Source: a virus. Taken from it: DNA of 64,000 bases. The notes under the pieces are model-generated. The model was not told where the DNA came from. It saw only the letters and a list, made by a program, of their open reading frames with translations, and did not search any database. The number at the start of each line of letters is the position of its first letter. Within the stretch, counting starts at the first letter, position 1. Of the stretch, positions 41,283 through 50,550 are shown piece after piece. The stretch covers positions 104,872 through 168,871 of IMG/VR virus record IMGVR_UViG_3300027969_000043. The stretch is one strand, 5' to 3'. The translations under genes and the position numbers were made by a program.

Positions 41283-42368
41283 TTATTTAATGTAAAATTC
41301 ACCATTTTTCATTAACCACTTATGAAAATCAACATCTCCGTTCTCTAATGGGGAGATAATATATTCAGTAAATATTTCACTTTCATAGTTACCTATTATA
41401 CCCTGATGAATTTTATTAATAATATCGTTATCTTCATTTTCAACATCATTCATAGCATCTAAAAACAATTTGTTAATTTCAGATTCTTCAAATAAATCTT
41501 TATCACACAACCAAAAATTATGTATCATATATCTATCTAAACTAATTGGCTCAACATAAACAATGTTAATTTGCTGTGCCCATAAATCAATAAAAACATT
41601 AGGAAATATGTTTAACCATGTAACAGCATAATCATTAACACCATCATTTTTAATACTAAAACCTAAAGATTTTAATTTTTTAAAATATTCAGTAAACCTG
41701 TTGTTTTTTTTATTTTCCCAGTTAGAGCTAAATTTTAGTCTATGTGCTGAGTAATCTACCCCAAACTCCCATTCTATTGATGTTTCATCAATAACTTCAT
41801 TCATTTCTGGATGAAAAAACTTAATATGATTTGAATCGTTAAATACAATACCATATTCTTTCCAATTACCTCTTTGCTCATAACTGTTTTTTTCTAAAAT
41901 TTCATATTTTGAAAAATCAAAGTCTTTTAAAAATTTTGATTTTTTTAATTCATCCGCTAAACTTTCACTACTAAATAAAAACATTTCGTATTCAAAAATT
42001 TCTTTTTTACTTTTTATAGATAAATTTTTTGATTTACAATCAAAATTACTACAAGGGGCTACTAACAATTTACCATCCAAATCATATGTCCAAAAATGTA
42101 CAGGACAAATTAATTTATCTTTTTTAACATCTTTTTCGCTTGAAATTAACTTGGCATTTTTATGAAGACAAGAATTATTTAATAAATTATATTTATCTGT
42201 TTTTGTTATAATATATCTTTCTGACAAAAAATCAACAACGTAAAAGTTCCTATCATTAACTAATTGCTTTAAACCTATAAAATTAGAAGGTGAAAAAAAA
42301 TTTACAATTTCATTATAAAAAATATCATAATTTGTAAAATTTTTTTTATTCCAGTTAATCTCAAACAT
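41283..42368 (-). CDS. Rieske non-heme iron oxygenase alpha subunit (ring-hydroxylating/choline monooxygenase-like)
   Basis: NSCLH...CPVHFWTYDLDGKL Rieske ligands; NWK...DSNHIKFFH and EDNDI iron-site motifs. Confidence 0.85.
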   Translation of the reverse strand: MFEINWNKKNFTNYDIFYNEIVNFFSPSNFIGLKQLVNDRNFYVVDFLSERYIITKTDKYNLLNNSCLHKNAKLISSEKDVKKDKLICPVHFWTYDLDGKLLVAPCSNFDCKSKNLSIKSKKEIFEYEMFLFSSESLADELKKSKFLKDFDFSKYEILEKNSYEQRGNWKEYGIVFNDSNHIKFFHPEMNEVIDETSIEWEFGVDYSAHRLKFSSNWENKKNNRFTEYFKKLKSLGFSIKNDGVNDYAVTWLNIFPNVFIDLWAQQINIVYVEPISLDRYMIHNFWLCDKDLFEESEINKLFLDAMNDVENEDNDIINKIHQGIIGNYESEIFTEYIISPLENGDVDFHKWLMKNGEFYIK

Positions 42369-42388
42369 TTCTATTTTTTATATAAATA

Positions 42389-42868
42389 TCACACCTCCCC
42401 AATAAATTCATGGCTAAAACAAATTCTCCTATTGTCAAAGTAATGTTCTTTATACATGTTTTTTATGGAAACATCTTTTCTAAGTTTTTTATTTTTACTT
42501 GTTGCAACCCACAATGGCGAATTTTCTCGATAATACCCCATCTTAGGGTGCGCGGTTCTTGAAAAGAATCTAAGACCTTGTTCCACGTGGATTTCACCTA
42601 TTCCATTAGAAAATCTAACACCCATACCCATACCTTGATAATCTGGGAGAATAACCGTCCTATGACTACGCCATGCATCCTTTAGTGTACCACTCGGCAT
42701 TGCAATACTAGCACAAAACGCAACAATCTCATCTTCCCATACACCTAAATAACACCTAGCTGCTTTATTTATGTTACCATCTAAATAATGATAGTCTTTA
42801 AACATGGGCCAGATATTATGGCTTGTTCGATATATCTCGAGATTGATTTTTGGGCGGGCAAAAAAAAA
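42389..42868 (-). CDS. GNAT acetyltransferase domain, probably fused to upstream ATPase by -1 frameshift
   Basis: RTVILPDYQGMGMG motif A; frame open upstream as RPKINLEIYR...WPMFKDYHYL. Confidence 0.75.
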   Translation of the reverse strand, partial: FFFARPKINLEIYRTSHNIWPMFKDYHYLDGNINKAARCYLGVWEDEIVAFCASIAMPSGTLKDAWRSHRTVILPDYQGMGMGVRFSNGIGEIHVEQGLRFFSRTAHPKMGYYRENSPLWVATSKNKKLRKDVSIKNMYKEHYFDNRRICFSHEFIGEV

Positions 42869-43458
42869 CCCTGATGGAATTCACCAGTATCAGTATCTAT
42901 AACCCAATCAGGTTCTAACCAATCTAGTATATCGCGGTGACATGTAGCTAAAACAATATTGTTTATATCATTATTTTTAACATATTTACTCAAAGACACG
43001 CTAGCAGCTTTTGCTACATTCCTATCTACAACGCTTGTAAACTCATCAATGACAGCATTTGACTTTAATTTTCTAGCTAAATCAGCTCTAAACTTTTCAC
43101 CGTTTGATAATACATGATATGGTTTATACCAAGAAGGTATTGTATTTAACCCAACGGCACCTAACTTGTTTATTGATTCATCTGGAGATTCAAAATGTGA
43201 TACGATTGATTTTGTACCATCCCATTCTGGTGAATCTTCAACACCAAAGTTTTTTAGTAATGTTGACTTACCAGAACCGCTGGAACCAACAATTACACCA
43301 ATCTTAAATTGTTTTGGAATGTTACTTGGAAGAATCCAAGGATAAAATTTAGATGTACCGTCAAATATACAATCAAATGCTCTTTCACTGGCTTTGATAA
43401 AATCATCTCTATCTACTGTAGAGATTAAAGGGGTTGAAGTTTTAATTAATTTTTCCAT
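42781..43458 (-). CDS. ABC-type ATPase domain
   Basis: GSSGSGKST, LSNGEKFRA, IDEFTSVVDR, ATCH. Confidence 0.9.
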   Translation of the reverse strand: MEKLIKTSTPLISTVDRDDFIKASERAFDCIFDGTSKFYPWILPSNIPKQFKIGVIVGSSGSGKSTLLKNFGVEDSPEWDGTKSIVSHFESPDESINKLGAVGLNTIPSWYKPYHVLSNGEKFRADLARKLKSNAVIDEFTSVVDRNVAKAASVSLSKYVKNNDINNIVLATCHRDILDWLEPDWVIDTDTGEFHQGFFLPAQKSISRYIEQAIISGPCLKTIII

Positions 43459-43565
43459 CTATGATAAATATAGATATCTACCATACGATGTAAAGTATAT
43501 AAAATACAATAGCTATTGGGTCTCTCAACCCAATAGCCTTTAATATTTTTAAAACTTAATTTAGA

Positions 43566-43766
43566 TTACTTACCTTCAGTAAGTTTGTTGATTTTAGCTT
43601 CCAAAGCAGCTAATTTTGTTTCTAAAATAGAGTTTTTGTTACCTTTAGATGCTTGTTCTGCTAACCATTCTGTTTTCTTGATTTGAACCGCTTCACTAAC
43701 GATATTGTCGATTAAGTTAACTAAATCGCTTTCAGAAATTTTAACTGTTTTTGTTGTTTTAGACAT
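43566..43766 (-). CDS. Small protein with KISESDL tag
   Basis: Late motif 43805-12; VKISESDLVNLIDNIVSE. Confidence 0.65.
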   Translation of the reverse strand: MSKTTKTVKISESDLVNLIDNIVSEAVQIKKTEWLAEQASKGNKNSILETKLAALEAKINKLTEGK

Positions 43767-43840
43767 ATGCATAAGTTTTTTAAAAAGATAGATTATCTTA
43801 ATATATAAATATATTAAATTTTATAAAAAGATAAAAAAAA

Positions 43841-44350
43841 TTACTTGGCATATTTATCGCCGCAATAACTTGCAGCCCACGCACTCGGCTTTACCTTAAA
43901 CTCATAACCCATACCCAATATATAACCAATGGCTTGACTTAACGATTTGCTAGATTCCCATTTTGGGTCTGGGTTTATATCAGCATGAATCTCCATGCTT
44001 ATACCATACAATTCAAGCAATGGCGCAATCTCATAAGCAACCTCAATTGATTTGCCAACTTCTGTTAACATCCTTTCATTCACGCCCTCTTTATCTTTAC
44101 CAAAAACATTGATATTATATGTTGCAGATATAATCTTCCCACCCCTACCAACTGTTACACCACCACCAATATCTTCTCTAACGGTAATCAAGATAACTGT
44201 TGCAAACTTATAACCCCTACTATTTTTTTGTGAGTCGGTACCAACAGAAACCCTTAACTCATGTTTCAATTCTAATTCTTCCTTGATTAAAGATTCTAAA
44301 TACTCTAACAATGGAACATTAATTTTTTTACCAGCTCTTTCCCATTTCAT
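43841..44350 (-). CDS. YkuK/DUF458 RNase H-like protein
   Basis: VGTDSQ, RGG, EVGKSIEVA, EIHADIN, KPSAWAAS. Confidence 0.85.
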   Translation of the reverse strand: MKWERAGKKINVPLLEYLESLIKEELELKHELRVSVGTDSQKNSRGYKFATVILITVREDIGGGVTVGRGGKIISATYNINVFGKDKEGVNERMLTEVGKSIEVAYEIAPLLELYGISMEIHADINPDPKWESSKSLSQAIGYILGMGYEFKVKPSAWAASYCGDKYAK

Positions 44351-44507
44351 AACTTTTAATTTTTTAAAATATTTATGTATAACATTTAGTTTTTATATGA
44401 CGATAAAACAAATACAGTCTGTTAATAATACAATAATATGTATTATTATAAACCCTATTATCGCTATAATAGATACTAAACAAAAGTCCCCATTTCTGGG
44501 GACTTTT

Positions 44508-45917
44508 TTATAATTTAACTGAAGGCAACAACTTTTTGAGCCTTTCATAATTATTTTCCCCTATTTGTTCTTTTTTAACTGCTAAACGAAATAACGAACC
44601 ACCATTTGATTTATCTAATTTAGAAATCTCATCAGGAATCTCCGTTATCGGATTACCAATTAGATTTAAAAACGTTAGATTTTTTAAATTACCTATTTCT
44701 CTTGGTAATGCTTTAATTTTATTTTCCGACAATACCAACATCTCTAGGTTTTCAAGCGCCCCAATTGACGGATGCAATTCAACCATACCCGCGTTTGTTA
44801 TTATCAACTGGTCAACATCTTTAAACTTACTAATATCTGGCATTCTAGGAATTTCCCTAGTCATAAATCTAATAACAGGTGTTTTTTCATCCAACAACTC
44901 AAATAAACTCTCACAAAAGCCAAATTTAATTAAGAAATCTAAGTATTTGTTATTATCTAATCCTGTTGAAACCATTTTAGCCATTTCCATCAACTCATCA
45001 TGAAAAAAACTTGAAAGGTTTTCACTTTGGTTAATTACATTTTCAAAAATACTAACATTTTGTGAATTATGCCTGTCCTTTATCTGACCAGTTTCAAAAT
45101 GAATTTGATAGATTTCATTTGATTCATTTTCAAAAAACTTATTGTTTATGATAATGTAAATCTTAGATTTATCACCATTTGGTTTTCTATTGTTTTCGGT
45201 ATAACTCTTAAACATACCATTCTCTGGTTTAGCCGTACACCAGTTAGCAAACTTATCAAACACAACATTAGCATCCCTTACTTTTGGTATAAACAACGTA
45301 AACTTTCTATCTCTGACTGGTATCTCTGCTTGACCTAAATTAACAAACCTTTCCATCATGCTCTCAACTTCACTTGGTTTACGTTCAATAAACGGGTCAA
45401 CAGCATCAAATAATTGCGCTAATGAAACATACTGATTAATATCCGTTGGGTCTTTAATATGTTTTAATATATGAGAAGAGCTGCAAAAATCTTTAAACTT
45501 TTTCTTCCTTTTGTTCGATTCAAATAGCGTAATATATGAACTAGCCTGCGGTAAATCTTCAACAACAAATCTAATAGCTACATGGGTGTTACTACCACCA
45601 GATTTAATCAATCTAGTAAAAACATTTAACATCCATTGAACACATGATTTGTTTGGTGTCGGGTCTGCTTCAATTATTTTGGTGAAAATATCAAAAGATA
45701 TGCTGACATTTTTCTGTATACGACCTTCATTTTTTTTATATGAAACTAAACATAGCAACACATCTGATGAAGTTATATTACTAACTTCAAACTCATCATC
45801 ATTTAACTTTTTTATCTTACGCTCCACAGCTTTGGCGTCTTCTGTCTCGAAAACATCAAATTTTTCAGCTAAAAATGTTAACCTATCTTTTACTATATTT
45901 TTTTTGTCGTCAAACAT
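44508..45917 (-). CDS. Protein with C-terminal leucine-rich repeats
   Basis: LEMLVLSENKIKALPREIGNLKNLTFLNLIGNPITEIP; host-type promoter 45934-45965. Confidence 0.8.
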   Translation of the reverse strand: MFDDKKNIVKDRLTFLAEKFDVFETEDAKAVERKIKKLNDDEFEVSNITSSDVLLCLVSYKKNEGRIQKNVSISFDIFTKIIEADPTPNKSCVQWMLNVFTRLIKSGGSNTHVAIRFVVEDLPQASSYITLFESNKRKKKFKDFCSSSHILKHIKDPTDINQYVSLAQLFDAVDPFIERKPSEVESMMERFVNLGQAEIPVRDRKFTLFIPKVRDANVVFDKFANWCTAKPENGMFKSYTENNRKPNGDKSKIYIIINNKFFENESNEIYQIHFETGQIKDRHNSQNVSIFENVINQSENLSSFFHDELMEMAKMVSTGLDNNKYLDFLIKFGFCESLFELLDEKTPVIRFMTREIPRMPDISKFKDVDQLIITNAGMVELHPSIGALENLEMLVLSENKIKALPREIGNLKNLTFLNLIGNPITEIPDEISKLDKSNGGSLFRLAVKKEQIGENNYERLKKLLPSVKL

Positions 45918-45965
45918 ATAACCGTATTTATTACAAATATACAAAAACTAAATTGATTATACAAA

Positions 45966-46310
45966 CTATTCAAAAAATCTTTTGTAAAAATCATCCTCAG
46001 CGTATTCTTCAAGTCTTCGTTTAAGATTCCAAACTAAATAACTTAAATCAGATTCTTTATATCTAGAAATAACATCTAATATGACATGATTTGGGTCCTC
46101 GCCATCGGTTATCCTGTATTTTATTTCTTGGAAATATTTACCCCCGTCGGTATCACATAACTCACTTATTATTAAATTGTAAGTTTCCCATCTAATCTCC
46201 TTATCTTCATCATTTGTTAAAATGACATTATTGATTATTTTTCTGTATTCATTATCTAATGTCGTATGTTTACCCGTCCCAGCTTTTACGATAAAATTAA
46301 AAATCTCCAT
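45966..46310 (-). CDS. Hypothetical protein (paralogue of 46416..46739)
   Basis: WETYNLIISEL...YRITDGEDPNHV. Confidence 0.65.
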   Translation of the reverse strand: MEIFNFIVKAGTGKHTTLDNEYRKIINNVILTNDEDKEIRWETYNLIISELCDTDGGKYFQEIKYRITDGEDPNHVILDVISRYKESDLSYLVWNLKRRLEEYAEDDFYKRFFE

Positions 46311-46415
46311 AGGTCTAGTTTTTAATAAACGTTATATACATAAATATCTTTTAAATCTTCATAGGACTAACCCAAATAAAGCTAAAAGGTTAAATTTAAA
46401 TTTTTTCAAAATTTT

Positions 46416-46739
46416 TTAAATGAAATTAATTATTTTGTAATATAGTCTCTCTAATTCGGGTGAACGATGTTTAACATCTTCCATCACCTCTATACAGACC
46501 TCATTCGGGTCAAGATTGTCGGTTAGTTTATATTGTAGTTCTTTGACTTTTAGATTATCTTTAATTGAATGCTTGAGCTCTAAAATGACTTGATTGTAGG
46601 TGAGCCAAGCTTTCTTATTTTTCATGTTACCACCAATTAAAATATCGGTCACCTTATCTTCGTATATGTGCTCTAAATGAGTTTTAAAATCACCATATTC
46701 CGTTCTCAAAGTTTCTTTTATCTTATTCTTGATGTTCAT
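46416..46739 (-). CDS. Hypothetical protein (paralogue of 45966..46310)
   Basis: WLTYNQVILEL...YKLTDNLDPNEV. Confidence 0.65.
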   Translation of the reverse strand: MNIKNKIKETLRTEYGDFKTHLEHIYEDKVTDILIGGNMKNKKAWLTYNQVILELKHSIKDNLKVKELQYKLTDNLDPNEVCIEVMEDVKHRSPELERLYYKIINFI

Positions 46740-46745
46740 ACCATC

Positions 46746-47084
46746 TTAATTTATAGGCACATTTTTGGTTAGCTGGTTGTTTTTAATATTACCAAACATC
46801 CAATCTTGAATTACTTGTTGGGTAAATGAATCACCCAATTTATATTTCTTTTTAAAATATTCAAATAACTCTTTAGGTGTTATCCCCTCGCCATCAACTT
46901 TAATTTTAATCATTGGTTCTTCCTTATATTCACCGTTCTCCCTCACCACACCAAGCATAGGCTCATAATTCATATCTAAATCAGAAACCAATTCCGCAAC
47001 CAATTTTTGGTGGGTATTGCTCTCATTGATATGATTTAGTATTTTTTTATACTGATTTTCCGTTATAATTAATTTAACACTCAT
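46746..47084 (-). CDS. Hypothetical protein with ITENQY tag
   Basis: MSVKLIITENQYKKILNHINES; late motif 47090-97. Confidence 0.65.
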   Translation of the reverse strand: MSVKLIITENQYKKILNHINESNTHQKLVAELVSDLDMNYEPMLGVVRENGEYKEEPMIKIKVDGEGITPKELFEYFKKKYKLGDSFTQQVIQDWMFGNIKNNQLTKNVPIN

Positions 47085-47136
47085 ATACCATAAATATCTT
47101 TATAAATAAAAAAGAGCTGTCAAGCAGCTCTTTAAT

Positions 47137-47451
47137 TTAATTTTTAAATTCGTCTATAACGCTTTGTAGAGCTGATTTAGGTACCGCACCCTTTTGTCTG
47201 TAAACCTCAGCACCATCTTTTAAAAAGATAATTGTTGGGATGCTGGTAACACCGTATTTTGCCGATGCTTCTGGGTTGCTAGTAACATCTACCTTGCCAA
47301 TAACAACGTCAGTGTTTTCATTAGCTAATTCGTTAATGATAGGTCCTATCATTCTGCATGGGCCGCACCAAGCCGCCCAAAAATCCATAACAACAAGTTT
47401 TTCACTTGTTAAAACCTCACCAATGTTCTGGTCTGTAATCTCTAATGCCAT
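47137..47451 (-). CDS. trxA: Thioredoxin
   Basis: DFWAAWCGPCRM; SIPT. Confidence 0.95.
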   Translation of the reverse strand: MALEITDQNIGEVLTSEKLVVMDFWAAWCGPCRMIGPIINELANENTDVVIGKVDVTSNPEASAKYGVTSIPTIIFLKDGAEVYRQKGAVPKSALQSVIDEFKN

Positions 47452-47499
47452 AATTTAATTTTTGTTTAATATAATTTTATTGTTCTGAAAATAAATACC

Positions 47500-47808
47500 T
47501 CAATTTAATGAGTTTTTAAAATATTCGTTGATTAACCTTATAGGTCTTTCAAATTCTCTAAATTTTTCCTCTATAAAGTATTCCTTGATATAATCACCAC
47601 TCTCGTTGTATTCCAACCCGTATATTTTTCTGATATAATCAAATATATCCATAATTCTATGACTATCCGCATAATCCATTTCTTCCAATAAAATAGAATT
47701 CTTTATACCGTTACAAAAAGCGGTATACGTCATATAGTTTGTTTTTTCAAACAATTCATATGATTTCTCACATATACTATAATAAATATAATTTTTTAAA
47801 TTGTCCAT
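47500..47808 (-). CDS. Hypothetical protein
   Basis: Divergent from 47836 around a palindromic late motif. Confidence 0.6.
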   Translation of the reverse strand: MDNLKNYIYYSICEKSYELFEKTNYMTYTAFCNGIKNSILLEEMDYADSHRIMDIFDYIRKIYGLEYNESGDYIKEYFIEEKFREFERPIRLINEYFKNSLN

Positions 47809-47817
47809 TTTATATTA

Positions 47818-47831
47818 GATAAATATTTATC
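47818..47831. promoter_or_regulatory. Palindromic bidirectional late promoter GATAAATATTTATC
   Basis: Contains ATATTTAT on both strands between divergent genes. Confidence 0.65.
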
Positions 47832-47835
47832 ATAT

Positions 47836-48084
47836 ATGATAGAATTGCAAGAACAAGAATTAATGCTAAAATTTCTTAAAAAGAATTTTCCTGTTTATAG
47901 GTTAAAAAATGGTCTAAGATTTAAAAGGACAATAATACTTGAAACTGGAGAATCGTACTTATTAAGCAACAAGGATTCGGTTAATGACCTGTATTTTAAA
48001 TTATACGATGTACTTAGAACCGTATTTAATACCGATAAAAATACGAATAAATTTGTTTTAGATAAATTTTTAAACGTAAAATAA
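47836..48084 (+). CDS. Hypothetical protein
   Basis: 82-aa ORF. Confidence 0.55.
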   Translation: MIELQEQELMLKFLKKNFPVYRLKNGLRFKRTIILETGESYLLSNKDSVNDLYFKLYDVLRTVFNTDKNTNKFVLDKFLNVK

Positions 48085-48244
48085 TATTAGTTCTAATAAA
48101 ACTAACTAGTGGTATTATACCTAAAAAGTACAATATATTTGGGTGTCCATCTCCGCACAGCCCAAATGAATGCTTTAAAATTTCTATCATTTTATTTTTT
48201 TGCAACAAAGATACAAATTTTTGACACAAAAAACAAATTTTTTC

Positions 48245-48670
48245 TTAAATTTCTAGCGGTTTAATATTATTAAACTGAGCCGTTATATTGAAATCTTCTT
48301 GGTAATCTTGAATCTCTTCCAATTTGTCTAATATTAATGTAAGGTTTGTAGCTTTATCCGTAACAACATCTGCCATATCATATATTGCCGATTCTATTTC
48401 GCCATCATCGTCCTGTCCGTACATGCTCATGAACTGTTTTCTTGCTTTATACATAAAATCCTCAATACTATACACAATCTTGCCAAGATTTTTTATGTTT
48501 ATGTTCATAGATAAGATATCACCAACACTCTCAAATGTAATTTTTGAATATATTTTATCCAGTTCAGCAGATTTTTCATTACACAATTGCTTAAATTTGG
48601 CTAATTGGTCTTCGCTCTCCTTTATAAGCCTAATTTTATTATACTGATTTTCAGTTACTTTTATTTTCAT
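48245..48670 (-). CDS. Hypothetical protein with VTENQY tag
   Basis: MKIKVTENQYNKIRLIKES; late motif 48686-93. Confidence 0.65.
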   Translation of the reverse strand: MKIKVTENQYNKIRLIKESEDQLAKFKQLCNEKSAELDKIYSKITFESVGDILSMNINIKNLGKIVYSIEDFMYKARKQFMSMYGQDDDGEIESAIYDMADVVTDKATNLTLILDKLEEIQDYQEDFNITAQFNNIKPLEI

Positions 48671-48731
48671 TTTCTTTATTTTAATATAAATATATTTGAC
48701 AATCACAAAAATATTTAGTATATTTTAGCAT

Positions 48732-49226
48732 ATGGCTAATTACAATTTTAATAAAGACCTTATACTAGGTGAAGAAGGTGAAGAAGTTATAATAAAAGAC
48801 CTGCTAACGATGGGCGCTAATTATGACTCAAACAATAAAAATAACACACATGACGTTATCGTTACCTATTTAGGTAGAAAAATTAGTTATGAGTGTAAAA
48901 CAGATTTCTTTGATGATACTGGTAATATGTTTATTGAAACATCTTGTCGTGGTAAAGAATCAGGTATATCGGTAACAAAAGCCGATTGGTTTGTAACATA
49001 CTTTAAAGTATTAAATGAAATCTGGTACATCAAAACGGCTAAATTAAAAGAAATCTTAAGTAGCCATGACCATAAAAAAGCTACCCAAAGCGGTGACCTT
49101 GGTAGCGATACCGAAGGTGTCCTTCTAAATAAAAACATGTTTCGTGACGATTTTATTGTTAGACATGCGACAAAACATATTGAAATCATTAAAAAATGGC
49201 AAAAAAAGTACAAGAGCCAAAACTAA
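48732..49226 (+). CDS. PD-(D/E)xK nuclease-like protein
   Basis: GEEGE...HD...YECKTD...TGNMFIE...SGISVTKADW. Confidence 0.65.
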   Translation: MANYNFNKDLILGEEGEEVIIKDLLTMGANYDSNNKNNTHDVIVTYLGRKISYECKTDFFDDTGNMFIETSCRGKESGISVTKADWFVTYFKVLNEIWYIKTAKLKEILSSHDHKKATQSGDLGSDTEGVLLNKNMFRDDFIVRHATKHIEIIKKWQKKYKSQN

Positions 49227-49774
49227 TCGTAGAACTAATACCTAAAACTTGCCAATACTCAAATGTCAGAACCACACTCAAAAAAAAAGAATGGGATAAA
49301 ATACGATTAATCGTATACGAAAAAGCTGGACATAAATGTGAAATATGTCACCAAACTGGTTTAGAACAAGGTTATCGACATAAATTAGAATGTCACGAAA
49401 TCTGGAAATATAACGACACAAAAAAAATACAAAAACTTGTTGGTCTTATAGCACTATGCCCACTATGCCACCAAGTAAAACATATCGGAAGAACCTCATT
49501 CATTGGCAAACAAAAAATAGCGCTAGATAGACTATCCAATATAAACAAATGGAATCTAGAAGAAGTTACACAACACGTAGCTGAAGCCTATGAAAAAAAT
49601 AAAGAAAGGTCCAATTTTGATTGGACCCTTGATATATCTTTATTGAAAAAATCACCCTATAATATTGTTATCAATTCAACAGAAACTCGTAAATACGAAA
49701 AAGTTAAATACAAAAAACGTAAATATATAAAAAAGAAAACCGCTAAAAGAAAAAGACCAAAGAAAAAAAATTAG
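49196..49774 (+). CDS. HNH-type zinc-binding endonuclease-like protein
   Basis: CEIC...LECHEIW...ALCPLCHQVKH. Confidence 0.75.
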   Translation: MAKKVQEPKLIVELIPKTCQYSNVRTTLKKKEWDKIRLIVYEKAGHKCEICHQTGLEQGYRHKLECHEIWKYNDTKKIQKLVGLIALCPLCHQVKHIGRTSFIGKQKIALDRLSNINKWNLEEVTQHVAEAYEKNKERSNFDWTLDISLLKKSPYNIVINSTETRKYEKVKYKKRKYIKKKTAKRKRPKKKN

Positions 49775-50001
49775 CCTTTATTGCTAGCAGGTATGCTCTT
49801 AAATAATATACCAAAAAGGGTATAAAGTGCAAACGATTCCCAATAGCTAATTGCTGGCAATTGGAAAATATCTACAATAACCCAATTCCATAACCACATC
49901 ACTGGAAAGGCCAACAATAACGCCGCGCCAAATAATCCAATGGTAACAAGCGCTAACGCACCTAAAAAAACTCCTAAATACTGTAATAAATTTCTTTTCA
50001 T
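49771..50001 (-). CDS. Small membrane protein
   Basis: Hydrophobic; PVMWLWNW...LPAISYW. Confidence 0.6.
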   Translation of the reverse strand: MKRNLLQYLGVFLGALALVTIGLFGAALLLAFPVMWLWNWVIVDIFQLPAISYWESFALYTLFGILFKSIPASNKG

Positions 50002-50011
50002 TTTTTTAATT

Positions 50012-50185
50012 TTATTTTTTATCATTATTAATAATTGATTTATATCTAATACTGTCTTCTTTTGTAAATTCCACAATTTTCCACACTTTTGGATTAAATG
50101 TAAAATTTATATTTTCTTTTTTAACTGTTGTCATTGATGGTTTACATGCTGTAAACAACAAAGCAATTAATAATAATTTTTTCAT
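50012..50185 (-). CDS. Small lipoprotein
   Basis: MKKLLLIALLFTAC lipobox. Confidence 0.55.
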   Translation of the reverse strand: MKKLLLIALLFTACKPSMTTVKKENINFTFNPKVWKIVEFTKEDSIRYKSIINNDKK

Positions 50186-50219
50186 AATTTTTTTTATAAA
50201 TGTGTAAAGCAAAACCCTA

Positions 50220-50486
50220 CTAATATGTAAACTCGTATTCAGAATTACCAGTTTTAAACTTAACGTAGCCATCCCGCTCCTCCAATATCTCAGTAACTGT
50301 TGTTGTTAGCCAATAATCTTGACCCGAATAACTTCTAGCCGTTACAGCGCCAACCAATAAACTACACCCAATCGTTGGTCTGTTGCCAACAACCTCTTTA
50401 AATGTGCCATCTTCATTCCAAGATATTGCTTCAACCCTAGAACCAGAATCACCAGCACCATCTCGTAAACGTTTTAAATTTGCCAT
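50220..50486 (-). CDS. Hypothetical protein
   Basis: 88-aa ORF; WLTTTVTEI...FKTGNSEY. Confidence 0.6.
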   Translation of the reverse strand: MANLKRLRDGAGDSGSRVEAISWNEDGTFKEVVGNRPTIGCSLLVGAVTARSYSGQDYWLTTTVTEILEERDGYVKFKTGNSEYEFTY

Positions 50487-50550
50487 GATATAATTTTTGT
50501 GTAAATATACGCACTTTCTTTATAAAATGCAAATATTTATAATAAAAACT

